Shown piece after piece: positions 16,647-42,757 of a stretch of 64,000 nt of DNA. A program made the translations under genes and the position numbers. The stretch comes from Chrysomallon squamiferum (lineage: Eukaryota; Animalia; Mollusca): NCBI GenBank assembly GCA_012295275.1, contig CM022678.1, positions 17,112,001 through 17,176,000 on the forward strand, written 5' to 3'. The notes beneath the pieces were generated by a model that did not search any database, had not been told where the DNA came from, and saw only the letters and a list, made by a program, of their open reading frames with translations. Position 1 is the first letter of the stretch, and every line of letters begins with the position of its first letter.

Positions 16647-18407
16647 GAGTTTGAATTCGTTAAAATTGAACTTCAGTCTCTGCACGTGCATTGTGTTTGT
16701 ATGTGAGGTGTGTGAGCGTATGTTTACGCCATTGTGTTTGTGTGTACGCTCGTGCTTGTGTGCATGTGAGCGCGCGTGCTTGTGTGTATGTGTATGTGAG
16801 CGTGCTTGCGTGTCTGTGTTTTTTCTGAATTATTTAACAAACGTTTAATGCTTAGGCCACATAAAATAACTTAACTGATTTGTGTTCTGTTGAAAATAAC
16901 GAGATAATCTAATGAGAAAACTTGGACAAGAAATCGTTGGATTGAGATAATTAATTCGTAAACTTGGTAGTTAACTATAAATCTACATTCAAAACAATTT
17001 ATAATACATGTATATATGTTTTACATTTTGTATTTAAAAAATATAATATATATTAATATCTGTATCTATATATTTATATATATGTATATCTGATTATGAA
17101 AACACAATTATCGGTCATCAGGATCTTTAAACATACATATAGCTGTAGAATTTATTTACAGTGATTTGTGTTCCTAAATTAAATAATTTAAATATATATA
17201 GGGTTTTTTTTACTTGTTTTACCTGTTACTTTTTATACAATTTATTAATTTTTATCGTCATATTATTATTTTTTATTTTATTTACATTTCTTTATAATAA
17301 TAATAGAAATTATATATATATATATATTGTATGTCTATGATATTCTAATGTGCCTGTATAAGTCGTCCGTCATACTGGTTTGAAATATTTTTACTGACTT
17401 TTCAACGCTTTATTTAGTTTCTGCTTGAGCAGCGATCTGAATAAAAACTGCACTAATGTAAAATGTTAAGTCGTGTATTTGTGCTTACTGCATGAATGTG
17501 ATCTCGTATTGCGAACCAGAGAGATTGATTTCAATCAGAACTGTCTTGTGTAGTCTGCACCTCGTTATGGTTCACCTGTTTTGTTTCAACCTTTTAATCT
17601 GATCGGGTTATTCTACAAGCATTTGTCCTATAAACAGATTCAACCAAACTATTTTCATAAACATATTTTTAGAAAGAGCAATATTTTAAATATAGTAAAA
17701 CACAGTGAAACTGAAGCTTAAAGCAACTACGCTGTCAAACACTTGTAGGAACATCTAAACACTCACCCGCCTCCAAACATTCTCCCAGGTTATGTAGATC
17801 TATACGTTTAAATAAAATGTAAAGCTTTCAGTCGTAAAATTTAGTTGGTTTAAGCAAAATTTATTTATATTTATACCGCATAAACGTTTGCACTCTGGCC
17901 TCCATATGTGTACACTTTGTTATTTGTATAATAATCCTTGTTAAATCTGCTTGAACTTCAAATAAAAGCTCAAATATAATTTTAATCTATTATTTTACAC
18001 AGTAGTAAAAATAAATGAAACTGATTTATAATTCTCCCCCACCAAGTTAATTTTGATTAATAACGAAGTATCACTAGAAATAAGTAGAAACAACACTGAG
18101 TACAGTATAAAAAATATCTGGGAGCTGTTTTTATTTCTGTAGCCGTGACATCATCACATGTAGGACGTATCGTTTTGCTCTAAAGCAGAGGTCGTTAACC
18201 TTGTCGCTCGGGACTTCAGTAGACGTTTGACTGACTGCTGTGGACCCTTTGCCTTTTTGGATTGATCGCAGAGTGGAATTTAGTCTTGGTGATGTCCTCG
18301 TCTATATAAAGCCCTGAGGACCCCATTTTTTTCTCTATCTTTTTTTTCTCCTGCTTCTTTTTATATATATGACTTTCAATTATTTAATAGCAAATTTACA
18401 CATACAC

Positions 18408-18483
<76 letters not shown>

Positions 18484-18594
18484 AAACTTACGTTCGCATA
18501 CATCTCTACATGACAGACTCTTTCTATGATTAAGGAAAAAAAGTGATAAGAACATTATTTGATTTAAGTTTTTACCTTACTATAACTACAATTG

Positions 18595-18649
<55 letters not shown>

Positions 18650-19341
18650 TGTTCTTTTGTTTATGAATGGGTCTGGGTTTTGATGTCTGTGTGTGTGTAT
18701 TTGTGGGGTATGCGTTTGTGTATTTGCGTTTGTTTCTGTCAGTTTTTTCACACAATGTGGAGCTGATTCTTGTGAAATTACTTCCTTGCTGTGTTTTTTT
18801 CTCTGTGTGTCTAGAACTTTTAGAATTGCATCAATAGAGAAGAGTCCAGTGAACTTAGTTCCTTATTGAGAAAATAATACCAAAAATTAATATAATAGAA
18901 ACACAAAATTAAATTTAATTGAATGGTTTCCCAAGGACAGCAGCAGATAGAAAAATCTGGAATTTTAGTCCAAAAATATTTATTATTAAAATTAATTAGA
19001 TTTAAGAATAATATACTTGTCTTAGATGACAACGAGCTTTTATGAGTCGCAAAAGGATAGTTTGGTCTCTCCACCAAACATTGCCGGATACACAGCGATA
19101 GGTAGGCGAACCTTTTCAACTGGGTTAGTTGGTAGACTTATTTACTGTTATGTACATCGACAGCTTGGTTTCTGTTGATTGTTTAAGCTATTAGAGGTTC
19201 AAGTACCTGTAACATTTAAAATGACGGGTGTTTGCTTTTTTTCATACATGAAAGTTATTTTTTTATCACTTTTGTAAATAAATTTAAAATAGTCAAAAAT
19301 CTAATAAATTAAAAATAGATAAATAAATAAATAAACAAAAA

Positions 19342-19376
<35 letters not shown>

Positions 19377-19461
19377 CAACAATAATAATAATAATGAAAA
19401 AAATAATTAAAAAAAGGAAAATATTAAATAATTTGTATCTCCCTTCCTGTGTGCATGTAAG

Positions 19462-19509
<48 letters not shown>

Positions 19510-19571
19510 TGTACATATGTATGTATCTATGTAAACTTTTATGAATCTATGTATATTTATATGAATGTATG

Positions 19572-19608
<37 letters not shown>

Positions 19609-19684
19609 TTATATATGTACGTATGAATCACAAAATGTACATTCGTATCTGCATACAAAAGAAATACTCCCAGCGTAGTATGAT

Positions 19685-20040
19685 CTCTATTCTAAATATA
19701 GACATGCGTCAGTGTAAAATATGAGAAAATGTTTATTTTTAAATCTGACAATCTCCACCACCTACAAGGAAACCGAAACTGCTTTGCGACCATAAACGAC
19801 AGAACATTCTGGTATTACTGGAAAAATATAAGTATTTTTTGTTTCTTTCTTCCTCGTCTGAAGTATTTAACATGCTAAGATAGTGTGTTACGTACAGAAG
19901 AACAGATACCGGAAACTCGAATAACTTTCTCGCTCACGAATTTACAAGAACATTGACATACCAATTCTCGCGGACGAAAGTTGAATTTAAAATGTTCCCG
20001 ATGATAATTCTGCTGTTTGTTTTATCGCAGACAGGTAAGT
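19685..20040 (+). promoter_or_regulatory. Leader cassette 2 with signal-peptide exon (CDS 19992-20034)
   Basis: CTAAATATAG, GGAAACCGAAACTG 19768, [15 protein letters not shown]|GTAAGT. Confidence 0.75.
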
Positions 20041-20568
20041 GTGTTATGAATTCTTTAAAAACGTATTTGAATCTGTGTGCTGTATTTGTGTCTGATGTCT
20101 GTATGTGCGTACGCTCGTGCGTATTTTTTATATCTTAAATATATTAGAAACACTTACACGTTTTAGGCCACATAATCTAACTTAATACTTTTATATTGTG
20201 TTAAAAATAACGAAACACTCTAATGAGAAAACTGAGAAAGCGAAACATAATATTCAGATAATTAAATTGTAAACGTGGTAGTTAAGTATAAAACAAAATG
20301 AAATATAATTCTAAATCACAAACAATTTGTAATATAGAAAAATGTAATACTGTACACATAGACTCGACTCCGAAAAACACGTACTTCAGATTATTATGAA
20401 AGTTATCGGCCTCATCGGGATCTTTGGTATGAAAATAAATATAGCCGTATAATTTATTTCCAGTGATTTGAGTTTCTAAATTAAATAATTTAAATATATA
20501 TATTTTTTTACTTTTTCTTTTTCCTGTTACTTTTATATAATTTATTACATTTATTGTTTTTTGGAGGT

Positions 20569-20635
<67 letters not shown>

Positions 20636-22571
20636 TAACAATTACATACATATATACAGTATATATATATATTGTTCATATAAGATACACCAAGGTGCCT
20701 GTTTTGAAATATTTTTACTCATTTTTCAACGCCAGATTTATTTTCTGCTTGATCTGCGATCTGAATAAAAACTGCACTAATGTAAAATGTTAAGTCATGT
20801 CTTTGTGTTTAGTGTATGAACGTTATCTCGTATTGTGAACCAGAGAGATTGATTTCAGTTAGAAGTGTCTTGTGTAGCCGCCACCTCGTTATGGTTCACC
20901 AGTTATGTTTCAACCTTTTAATTTGATCGGGTTATTCTACAAGCATTCGTCCTACAACCAGATTCAGCCAAACTATTTTCATAAACATATTTTTAGAAAG
21001 AGGAATATTTTAAATATAGTAAAACAGTTAAATTGAAGCTTAAAGCAACTACGCTGTCAAACACTTGTAGGAGCCTCTAAACACACACCCGCCTCAAAAC
21101 ATTCTACCAGGTTATGAAGATCTATACGTTTAAATATAATTTAAAGCTTTCAGTAGTGAAATTTAGTTGGTTTGAGCATAATTTATTTTTATTTACACCG
21201 CATGAACGTTTGCACTGTGGCCTCCACATCTGTACACTTTGTTATTTGTATAATACTCCTTGTTAAATCTGCTTGAACTTCAAATAAAAGCTCAAATACA
21301 ATTTTAATCTATTATTTAACATAGTAGTAAAAATAAATGAAACTGATTTATAATTCTCCCCCACCAAGTTAATCTTGATTAATAGCGAAGTATCACTAGA
21401 AATAAGTAGTTTAACAACACTGTGTACAGTATAAAAAATATCTGGGAGCTGTTTTTATTTCTGTAGCCGTGACATCATCACATGTAGAACGTATGGTTTT
21501 GCTCTAAAGCAGAGGTCGTTAACCTTGTCGCTCGAGAGAGAGAGTTAAACTTACGTTCGCATATATCTCTACATGACAGACTGCTTCTATGATTAAGGAC
21601 AAAAAGTGATAAGAACATTATTTGATTTAAGTTTTTACCTTATTATAACAACAATTGTTAATATATATATGGTGTTTGTTTATGAATGGGTCTGGGTTTT
21701 CATGTCTGTGTGTGTGTATTTGTGGGGTATGCGTTTGTGTATTTGCGTTTGTTTCTGTCAGTTTTTTCACACAATGTGGAGCTGATTCTTGTGAAATTAC
21801 TTCCTTGCTGTGTTTCTTTCTGTGTGTGTCTAGAATTTTTAGAATTGTATCAATAAAGAAGAGTCCAGTGAACTTAGTTCCTGATTGAGAAAATAATACC
21901 AAAAATTAATATAATAGAAACGCAAAATTAAATTTAATTGAATGGTTTCCCAAGGACAGCAGCAGACAGAGAAATCTGGAATTTTAGTCCAAAAATATTT
22001 ATTATTAAAATTAATTAGATTTAAGAACAATATACCTGTCTTAGATGACAACGAGCTTGTATGAGTCGTAAAAGGATAGTTTGGTCTCTCCACCAAACAT
22101 TGCCGGATACACAGCGATAGGTAGGCGAACCTTTTCAACTCGGTTAGTTGGTAGCCTTATTTACTGTTATGTACATCGACAGCTTGGGTATGTTGATTGT
22201 TTAATCTATTAGCGGTACAAATACCTGTAACATTTGAAATGACGGGTTTTCGCTTTTTTTTTCATACATGAAAGCTTTTTATATTTTTTATCACTTTTGT
22301 AAATCAATTTAAAATAGCAAAAATATAATAAACTAAAAATAGATAAATAAATAAATAAACAAATAAATAGTAATAATAATAATAATAATAACAACAACAA
22401 CAACAAAATAATAATAATTAAAAACACAATTAAAAAAAGGAAAATATTAAATAATGTGTTCCTTGTTACGAGTGTATCTCCCTTCCTGTATATATAAATT
22501 ATCTTTGTACGTATGTATGTATCTATGTAAACCTTTATGAATCTATGTATATTTATATGAATGTATGATTG

Positions 22572-22613
<42 letters not shown>

Positions 22614-22685
22614 ATATATACATATGAATCACAAAATGTACATTCGTATGTGCATACAAAAGAAATACTCCCAGTGTAGCATGAT

Positions 22686-23042
22686 CTCTATTCTAAATAT
22701 AGACATGCGTCAGTGTAAAATATGAGAAAATGTTTATTTTTAAATCTGACAATCTCCACCACCTACAAGGAAACCGAAACTGCTTTGCGACCATAAACGA
22801 CAGAACTTTCTGGTATTACTGGAAAAATATAAGTATTTTTTGTTTCTTTCTTCTTCGGCTGAAGTATTTAACATGTCAATATAGTGTGTTACTGATAGAA
22901 GAACAGATACCGGAAACTCGAATAACTTTCTCGCTCACGAATTTACAAGAATATTGACATACCCGATTCTCGCGGACGGAAGTTCAATTAAAAATGTTCC
23001 CAATGATAATTTTGCTGTTTGTTTTATCGCAGACAGGTAAGT
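22686..23042 (+). promoter_or_regulatory. Leader cassette 3 with signal-peptide exon (CDS 22994-23036)
   Basis: GGAAACCGAAACTG 22769, [15 protein letters not shown]|GTAAGT; recent duplicate of cassette 2. Confidence 0.75.
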
Positions 23043-24499
23043 GTGTTATGAATTCTTTAAAAACGTATTTGAATCAGTGTGCTGCATTTCTGTCGAATGT
23101 CTGTATGTGCGTAAGCTCGTGCGTATTTTTTGTATCTTAAATATGTTAGAAACACTTACATGTTTAAGGTGACATAAAATAATTTTATTCTAAAATTATT
23201 TAATTATTTTATATTGTGTTGAAAATAACGACACACTCTAATGAGAAAGCTGAGCTAGGGAAACATAATATTCAGATAATTAAATTGTAAACTTGATAGT
23301 TAAGTATAAATGAATGAAATATAATCCTAAATCCCACACAATATATAATATCTATGTATCTATCCATCTATCTAGCTAGCTTTTTCTCCATATATATATG
23401 CAACATGTTTCAAATACACTTGCCTAAAATATACCTACATCTGATGAAGAAAGGAAACAAAACAATTATTGGCCCATCGGAAAATTTGATATAAAAATAC
23501 ATATAGACATATAATTTATTTCCAGTCATTTGCGTTCCTAAATTAAATAATTTTTCTTCTTTTATCTTCAAATAATACAATTTTATGTGTAGATATTGTA
23601 CATATTAGATTCTCCAAAGTGCCTGTATTAGTAGTCCGTAATACAGTATTGAAAACATTTCGAAAAGTTTCTTCACTATTTCATAAATATGTCATTAGAA
23701 AGAGCAATATTTTATATATCGTATAACACAGTGAAACTGAAGCTAAATCAACTACGCAGTCAAACACTAAACACTCACCCGCCTTATGTGTGTACTCGCG
23801 TGCTTTTGTTTCTTTCTGAATTAGATGTATTTAATGTTTAGACCACGTAAAATAAAATAGTTCAATTTTATTGTGTTAAAAATAACCGTGAACCCTAATG
23901 AGAAAACTGTGACAGGGAAACATAATATTAAAATCGTTAAATTGTAAACTTCGTAGTGTACCAGTCTCAAAACATTATCACGCACCCAAAGTTTATCACC
24001 AAACAGAATTTAGAGAATACAATCATACATTTTTGTTGATTTATGCAAAATGTATGTTTGATAATTACAATGAACGTTGCGTTAAGCATAGTGATTCGGG
24101 ATTCTTTAGTTAACAACTTAATATCAACTATTTCTGTAGTACTTGAAGAAGTCAGTTATGGAGATCAATGTAGAATTTAAAACACATATGCTTTTCTGCA
24201 ATCAGGACAAAAATTTCCATTTTATTATCGACATAATGTATAAATTTAGTCATTTGTATGATAATCCTTAATAAATCCTTCTTGAATTGTAAATCGTATA
24301 TCATTTCAATGTACAACTTTAATGACTTATTTAACACAGAAGTAAAAATAAATGTAATAGGTCTTTAATTTCCCCCCTCTCCAGTCAATTTAATTTTAAC
24401 TAACAAGACTGAGTACAGTTTAAAAATATCTACCCGATGTCTTTATACCGGTATCCATGACCTCATCACGAGAAAAGGAAATATTTTCCGGCGTTAAAC

Positions 24500-24790
24500 G
24501 ACTTATATTCTAAATATAGACATGTGTCATTGTACAAATATGAAAAACATGTTTGTTTTTAAATACGATCTATTCCACATGGCGGACAAGGAAACTGAAA
24601 CTATAGATAGGGGCCGAAGCGACTATAAACGACATTCGTTATAGAAGTTTTGCAAAAGTTTAAGTAATTTTTGTCATTTTATTTTTCTTCCTGAAAAGTA
24701 TTTGAAATATCCGATTCACGCAGACGGAATCTTAATTAAAAATGTCCCCAGTAATAATTCTGCTGTTGCTTTTATCTGAGACAGGCAAGT
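24500..24790 (+). promoter_or_regulatory. Leader cassette 4 (internally shortened) with signal-peptide exon 24742-24784 and GC donor
   Basis: GGAAACTGAAACTA 24590; MSPVIILLLLLSET G|GCAAGT. Confidence 0.6.
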
Positions 24791-25106
24791 GTGTTTGAAG
24801 TGTTTAAAAAGGTTTTCAGTGTGTGTATGTGTACTCTGTTTTATGTGTCAGGTGCGCTCATTGTTCGCTGTATGTGTGTACTCTCGAGTTTGTGTTACTT
24901 TCTGAATTAGACACATTTAATCTTTAGGCTACATACAATAAATTAAAAAAATAACCAGGAAGTATAATGAGAAAACTGTTACAGGGAAACATAATATTCA
25001 AATTGTAAATTTGGTAGTTAACTATGGATAAATATAATATAACTCTAAATCATAAATAATTTATAATACAAAAAAATATAATCGTGTATACATAGACTCG
25101 GCTATA

Positions 25107-25342
25107 CATTGTTTATAAAAAAAAATTGTTAATAAAACGTTTAGTTCAAATTAGACATGCTTACTTAAATTGCTATGGTGAAATTCTTTGTTTGCCTCTA
25201 ACTATTTTACTTATTTTCAGTAAATGTATTTAACAACCCATAATTATGACTGATAGCTCATCAAAACGAAAGTGCAGACAAAATAGTGTTGAATATCTGA
25301 AGTATGGGTTTATTAGTTCACCAAATAATAAGCAATGACCGA
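25107..25342 (+). mobile_element. Inverted fragment of the hAT element (5' UTR and start of transposase)
   Basis: Closely matches the reverse complement of ~15238-15470 (ATGACTGATAGCTCATCAAAACGAAAGTGCAGACAAAATAGTGTT). Confidence 0.85.
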
Positions 25343-25429
25343 ATACAGTTTGAAAAGATCTAGGCGAGTCTTTATACCGATATCCATGACCTCATCACGA
25401 GAAAAGGAAATATTTTCCGGCGTTACACG

Positions 25430-25790
25430 ACTTATATTCTAAATATAGATATGTGTCATTGTACAAATATGAAAAAAACATGGTTATGTTTAAATACGAT
25501 CTATTCCCCATAAGCTACAAAGAAACTGAAGCTATAGATAGGGGCCGAAGGGACTATAAACGACTTACGTTCTAGAATTTTTGCAAAAGTTTAAGTAATT
25601 TCTGTCATTTTTATTTTTCTTCGTCTAAAGTATTCAAAATATTAAGATAATGTGTTAGGTATAGAAGATCAAATACTGAAACTTGATTAACTTTTTCGAT
25701 GAAGAATTTAGAAGAACATTGAGTTGTTGATTCACGCAGACGGAATCTTAATTAAAAATGTCCCGGTAGTAATTCTTTTGTTTGTTTTAT
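25430..25790 (+). pseudogene. Leader cassette 5, dead
   Basis: ATG TCC CGG TAG at 25758 (1-nt deletion), splice donor deleted, ISRE-like element altered to AGAAACTGAAGCT. Confidence 0.7.
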
Positions 25791-25799
25791 ACGAATACA

Positions 25800-26128
25800 T
25801 GGAAACATAATGTTAAAACAATAATATTTTAAACTTGGTAGTTCTGTATAAATAAATGAAATATAATTCTACATCCCACACAATTTAAAATATAAACAAA
25901 AAAATAATAGTTTCCACATAGACTCGGTTGGGAAATATACGTAGATCTGTTTATGAGAAAACAACTATCGCCTAATCAGTATGTTTGGTATAAAACACAC
26001 ATGGAGCCGTACAGTTTATTTCCCGTTCTTAGTGTTCCTAAATTAAATAATTTAGATTTCTTCTTCAGACTCTTACTTTTTATTTAATTAATTACCTTTT
26101 TGTTGTCGTTCTTTTAAAGATTTTATAT

Positions 26129-26193
<65 letters not shown>

Positions 26194-28600
26194 TCTATAC
26201 ACATATACATACTGAATATATAAGATAACCCAAACAGCCTATATTAGTAGTCTGTCATACACTATTGAAAAACTTTCATAAAATTTCTTCACTGTTTCCG
26301 AAAACAGATTCGTTTGTTAGTTATATCATTAGAAACAGCAATATTACATATGTAGTAAAAAGTGAAATTGAAGACTAAAGCAATTACTGATCCAAACACT
26401 GTGTAGTAGTTTGAAGCTATATTACTTTTTTGTTAATTACAGTCAAAGTCGCGTTAAGCATAACAAATCAGAATTCACCATTTATGAACTTAATGACAAT
26501 AATTTGATGGTAAGTGAACAAGTCAGTTATGGAGGTCATTGCAAATTTTAGAACACATCTTTCCTGTGTACACCGCACAAAACTTAGTCTCCTCATGTGT
26601 AAACTTAGTCGTTTTAACAATAGTCCTTCCTTAATGCTGATTGAATTTCAAGTAGTGTATAAATTGAATATTTAATCTCTTGTTAAACACAATAGTAAAA
26701 GGAAATCTAATGTGTCTGTAATTTTCATAAAAGCCCTCCAATTAAATCTTAATTAACAACACTGAGTATAGTATAGAAATATCTGGGTGCTGTTTTCTGT
26801 TTTCTTCTTCTTTTTTTCTGTAGTAGGGACGTCTTTACACATAGGATGTATCCTTTTTGTTTAAAGCCGAGGTCGTTATCCTTTTCCCTAGGGACATGAG
26901 TACGCGTTTGACTGTCTCTTGTTGGCGGTTTGCTTTTTGGGGTAGATTGCTGGCTGCAGTGTCGAATTTAGAATTGGTGAGGCCCTAAGCTATAGAAAGG
27001 CGTGAGGCCTCCCCTCATTTTTTCTTTCATTTTTTCTTTTTAATTTTGTCCAACTGGTGTCAGAAAACTTGAAAGTTTATAAGCCTTTTAAGAGCAAAGT
27101 AAAAAAATACAAATCTAAAAATATTGGATATATTTTAAATCTTTTTGTGGGGTTTCTTCCTCAGTTGATCCATGGTTTGTTTAGCGTGTATCGGATTCGC
27201 GGTGTCGGAGGAGATCTTGTTTCAAATCTGATTTTGAAAATCCGAGGAAAGACTATTCTGCGTCCGGTAATTCTAATCACATTGAATTTAGTGACAATTC
27301 GTACAGCGGTAGTACATGAAAATTAGTATAAGACCTAATCTGGAATCTTCTTCAGGCCCAAAGCAGATTGCGAGCCTCTAAGCTGTTGTTGTTTAGCTTG
27401 TACCTAAATCCAGGACTAGCATTATGTCGAGCTTACATAACTTTTCTTATCTGACACCCGTAACTTTCAACAATATTCAACTGATTACATTATAAACTTG
27501 GGGTAGTTAAGTATAAATAAATGAAACATAATTCCACATCCCACAAAATTTAAAATATAAAAAAAGAAATATATAATAGTTTACCCACAGGGTCGGTTCG
27601 GAAATATACGTACATTCGATTATGAGAAAACAACTATCGGCTAACCGGGATGATTTGTATAAAAAATACATGGAACCGTAGAATTATTTCTCGTTCTTAG
27701 TGTTCCTCAATTAAATAATTTAGATTTCTTCTATAGACTTATACTTTTTAGATAAATTAATTACCTTGTTGTTGTATTTTTTGTTCTCGTTCTTTTAAAT
27801 AATTTATGTCTGTGTATACATACTTATATGTACACACACACACACACACACACATATTGAATATATAAGATAACCCAAACAGCCTATATTAGTAGTTCGT
27901 AACACACTATTGAAAAACTTTCATAAAGTTTCTTCACTGTTTCCGAGAACAGACTCGTTTGTTATATATATATATATCATTAGAAACAGCCATATTTTAT
28001 ATGTTGTAGAAAAACCCAGTGAAATTGAAGATAAAGCAATTACACATCGAAACACATTAGTGCATTAGTTTGAAGCTTTATTATTTTTTGATAATTACAA
28101 TCAAAGTCGCATTAAGCATACCAGTTCGGGATTCGTGAATTTGAACTCAATGACAATAATTTGTATGGTAAGTGAAAAAGTCAGTTATGGAGATCATTGC
28201 AGATTTTAGAACACGTCTTTACTGTGTACACCGCACAAAAATTTGCATTCTAGTCTCCACATGTGTAAACTTAGTCGTTTTAACAATAGTCCTTCCTAAA
28301 TGCCGTTTGAATTTCAAGTAGTGTGTCAAATGCATTTTTAATCTATTCTGATACACAATAGTAAAAATAAATCTAATGTCTATAATTTTCTTCAACGCCC
28401 TCCAATTAAATCTTAATTAACAACACTGAGTACAGTATACAAAATATCAGGGACCTGTCTTTGTTTCCGTAGCTGTGATGTTATTACATATAGGACTTAT
28501 CCTTTTGCTCATAAGCAGAGGTCGTTGAGGTTGTTGTTAGAGACAAGAGTACGCATTTGACTACTGTGGGCAGTTTGCCCTTTTGGGTAGATCGCTTTGA
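25800..28600 (+). repeat. Tandem duplicate of intron-1-like sequence without leader exon
   Basis: 25830-26950 is repeated at 27490-28600 (e.g. AAGATAACCCAAACAGCCTATATTAGTAG at 26222 and 27867). Confidence 0.75.
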
Positions 28601-30259
28601 CACCCGTAACTTTCATGTGGTGGTGTTTGTGTTTGCATGCTTGTTGTGTGTTTTTATTTGTATATATATGTGTGTCTGTGAGATTTTATATGTGTATATA
28701 TATTTGTTTGTGTGTGTGTCGCCATTCGTGTGTGTGTGTGTGCCTGCACGCATAATTTCTGACATTGCATCAATCGAGAAGAGTTGTCTGAAATTACGTC
28801 GATACTAAGCAAATATCAGAAAAGAATGATATAGTAGAAGCGCATGATACCCAGAAATTGTGCTGATAAGTGAAATCTTAATATACAGAGAGAGATATAC
28901 ATGCTTTATTTTATTTTAATTTAAGTAATTTATTTAATTTAATTTATATTTATTTAATTTCCATTTATTACATTTTATTTTAATTCGATTATTTAACTTC
29001 ATTTCATTTGTCTTCATTTATTAGTTGTATTTTATTTTATTTTATTTTATTTTTTTATTTAATTTTATTTGTTTTATTTTGCTGAATTAACTTCATTTTA
29101 ATTAATTTATTGAATTATTTTAATTTCCAAAATGTACTTTCAAAAATTATCCATTTAAAATAATTATCCAGTAATAATAAATTTAATTTAATTTAAGTTT
29201 TTTTCAAATCCGTTTCATTTTGTTTTAATAAGGAACAAAAATTATTAAATAAAGTAACTATTTAATAAAAGAAAAAGAAAACACACTTAGCATTACAAAA
29301 AAATTAAATAGCATTTGTACATTTCCATTAAATACAAATATAAATGAACTGTTTCAGGAGCTCTGCACGAGATAGAAAATCTAGATTTTTGGTGTAAATA
29401 TACTGAGGTAATTATTTAAATTCATTAAAACAAATTAGATTTAAGAACGATGTACTTGTCTTAGGTGGTAATGAGGTTATATGAGTATCATAAGTATAAT
29501 GTCCTGTCCGCCCAACAATGCCGGATACATAGCGATAGGTCGGTGAACATTTTCAACGTATTTACTGTTATGTGTTTCAACAGCTGGTTTAAACACTCAC
29601 ATTTATGTTTATTGTTTAAGCTATTAAAGGAAAAGTTAAAACCTGTTTCATTTAAAACGGCGTGTTTTACTTCCTTTCATACATCAAAGCGATATTCTTT
29701 TCAATGTATCACTTTTCTAAATTAATGCGAAATAGAAAATAAATAAATACGTAAATAAATAAATAAATAGGAAAATATTAAATATTTTGTTCCTCCCTTG
29801 CTATATGCGTGTAGGCCTACACGTACATACATACATGTACGTATATGTGTATGTATCTGTGTATACATGTGTGTATGTATCTATACATGTAGGTATGAAT
29901 CAGTGCGTGTACATTCGTAAGTACATACAAAGGGAAGTATTTCCAGTGTAGTATGATCTCTACTCTAAATACAGACATGCGTCATTGCAAAATATGAGAA
30001 AATGTTTATTTTTGTTCCATGACCTACAAGGAAACTGAAACTGCAAGTAGGACAGAAGCCATTATAAACGACAGCACATTCTAGTTTTCTTTCAAAAATA
30101 TATGTATTTTTTCTTTCTTTCTTCTTCGTCTAAAGTATATGTTAAGATAGTGTGTTACGAATAGAAGAACATATACTGGGAACTCGAATAACTTTCTCGC
30201 TGACGAATTTACTAGAACATTGAGATATACGATTCTCTCGGACGGAAGTTGAATTAAAA

Positions 30260-40959
<10,700 letters not shown>

Positions 40960-41689
40960 TACATGTAAGTAACAGAAACTGACTGCAAACAGGAAAGAGA
41001 AAATTAAAAATAAATAATTAAAAATGAAACTGCAGTCTAAGTTTTTTTTTTTTTTGTGAACCTGAATATTTGCCTAATTCAGATGTGAGGAATTATAAAT
41101 GAGAAACTATTTTCACTGGAATGAAACAGAAAGCAATAGAAGTAATTACTTTAATCGGAATACAGATGAAAAGAAACAATTTCTTGCTGAATTTTAGAAT
41201 TCAGGGATTTTGAAACATTTCTGACGAGAACGGAAAAAAGCAAGGCCATTGTTAAAGGGAGAAATTTGAGTCGACAACAAAGAAGACATTTCTATAATTA
41301 AGATGGCTGCTCCTGTAATGAATAAAGTGACTAATGCAAACAAACTAAAGTCTAATCTAGGGCTGCCATTACTCGATTTTTTAAAAAGAAGAATATCCAA
41401 AACATTTTTGTGACAAACATTTTTAGCCTAAATAAAAATTGTTTAAGTTATCAGTTGAAATATATGAAGGTGTATAAAAGGTACCAAATATACTTAGAAG
41501 TGAAGGAAATTTGTGTCCACAAGAAAGATGGCTGCTCCTGTAATGGATAAAGTGACGAATGTAAACAAACTGAAAACTAATATGAAAACTAATGGGTTAA
41601 TATCTAGGACGGTCATTTCCATGTTTTGAAAGGAAGGACTTTTAAAAACATTTTATGACACTTATAATGTCTAAATATAATATGCTTAA

Positions 41690-41730
<41 letters not shown>

Positions 41731-42681
41731 AATACAAGGCAATTACATTTTGTACAGAACAGAACAAAATCAATGTTTACGTTCAGGCCATTTCCAAAAT
41801 TAGAAAGTAAAATATTGATATTTTCTTTTTGTACCAAATGCTATTTGCATGTGTATGTCTGTATAAGTGTGTTTTGCTGTTTTATTTACATATCTATTTG
41901 ATACAGGATCTGCTTTGAAAAGTATATTTTTGGTGATGGGAAACCTTAAAGTGTGAATTTATAGTCTTATATTGTGATAAAACATCAGATAACCTTTTCT
42001 TCTGTGCTAAACTACTAATAATAATAATTTGAGTTGTGTGGTAGGTATCCTAAAAACAATAATAATATTAACAACAGCTGTTATAATAAAAAATTTAAAA
42101 TGAATTAAGTTTTCTTATAATTTTCTTCCTTTTTCATAGACATGAGTCTGTCATATAGAGATGTTTGCAAAAATGGGGTTAATTCTCTGTTCCTCTCTCT
42201 TTATCTCACTCTGTCTCTCCATCTCTCTCTCTCTCTCGCTTTTACTGTGTGTATGTTTTTATGTATTTACATTTGTGTGTTTTCATATCTGTGTATGTGT
42301 TTATGTGTATACATGTGTTCACACATCTGTGTGTGTTGGTATGTGTGTGTGTGTGTGCTGCACATGCATACTTTTAAACATTGCAACAGCAGAGAAGAGT
42401 CTAGTCAAATTATGTCCTTACGAAGCAGATAACACAACAACAAAACTTAATATAGTAGAATGACGTGAAACACGAACATTGTAGTTTCTAAAAAGATCTT
42501 AATAAATAAAGACAGAGATACATGCTTTACTATACTTTAATTTCATTCATTTATTTCATTTTATTAAGATTTTTTTGTTTGTTTTTTTTTTGTGTTTTTC
42601 TTTACTGAATTATACAAATTTCGAAATTCATTTTCAAAAACATTAAATTTAAACTAAAGAAAAAATTAATACATTTATTAA

Positions 42682-42757
<76 letters not shown>

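Larger units (their letters stand above)
16850..23350 (+). repeat. ~3-kb tandem segmental duplication carrying leader cassettes
   Basis: 17380-20300 aligns by eye with 20700-23300; twin ORFs at 18820 and 21839 are offset by 3019 bp. Confidence 0.85.

Noticed and set aside
18820-22138. Twin 99-aa minus-strand ORFs
   Set aside because: Identity is explained by the recent 3-kb duplication; the ORF track shows no matching ORF at homologous blocks (~10.8, 29.5, 43.1 and 48.4 kb).
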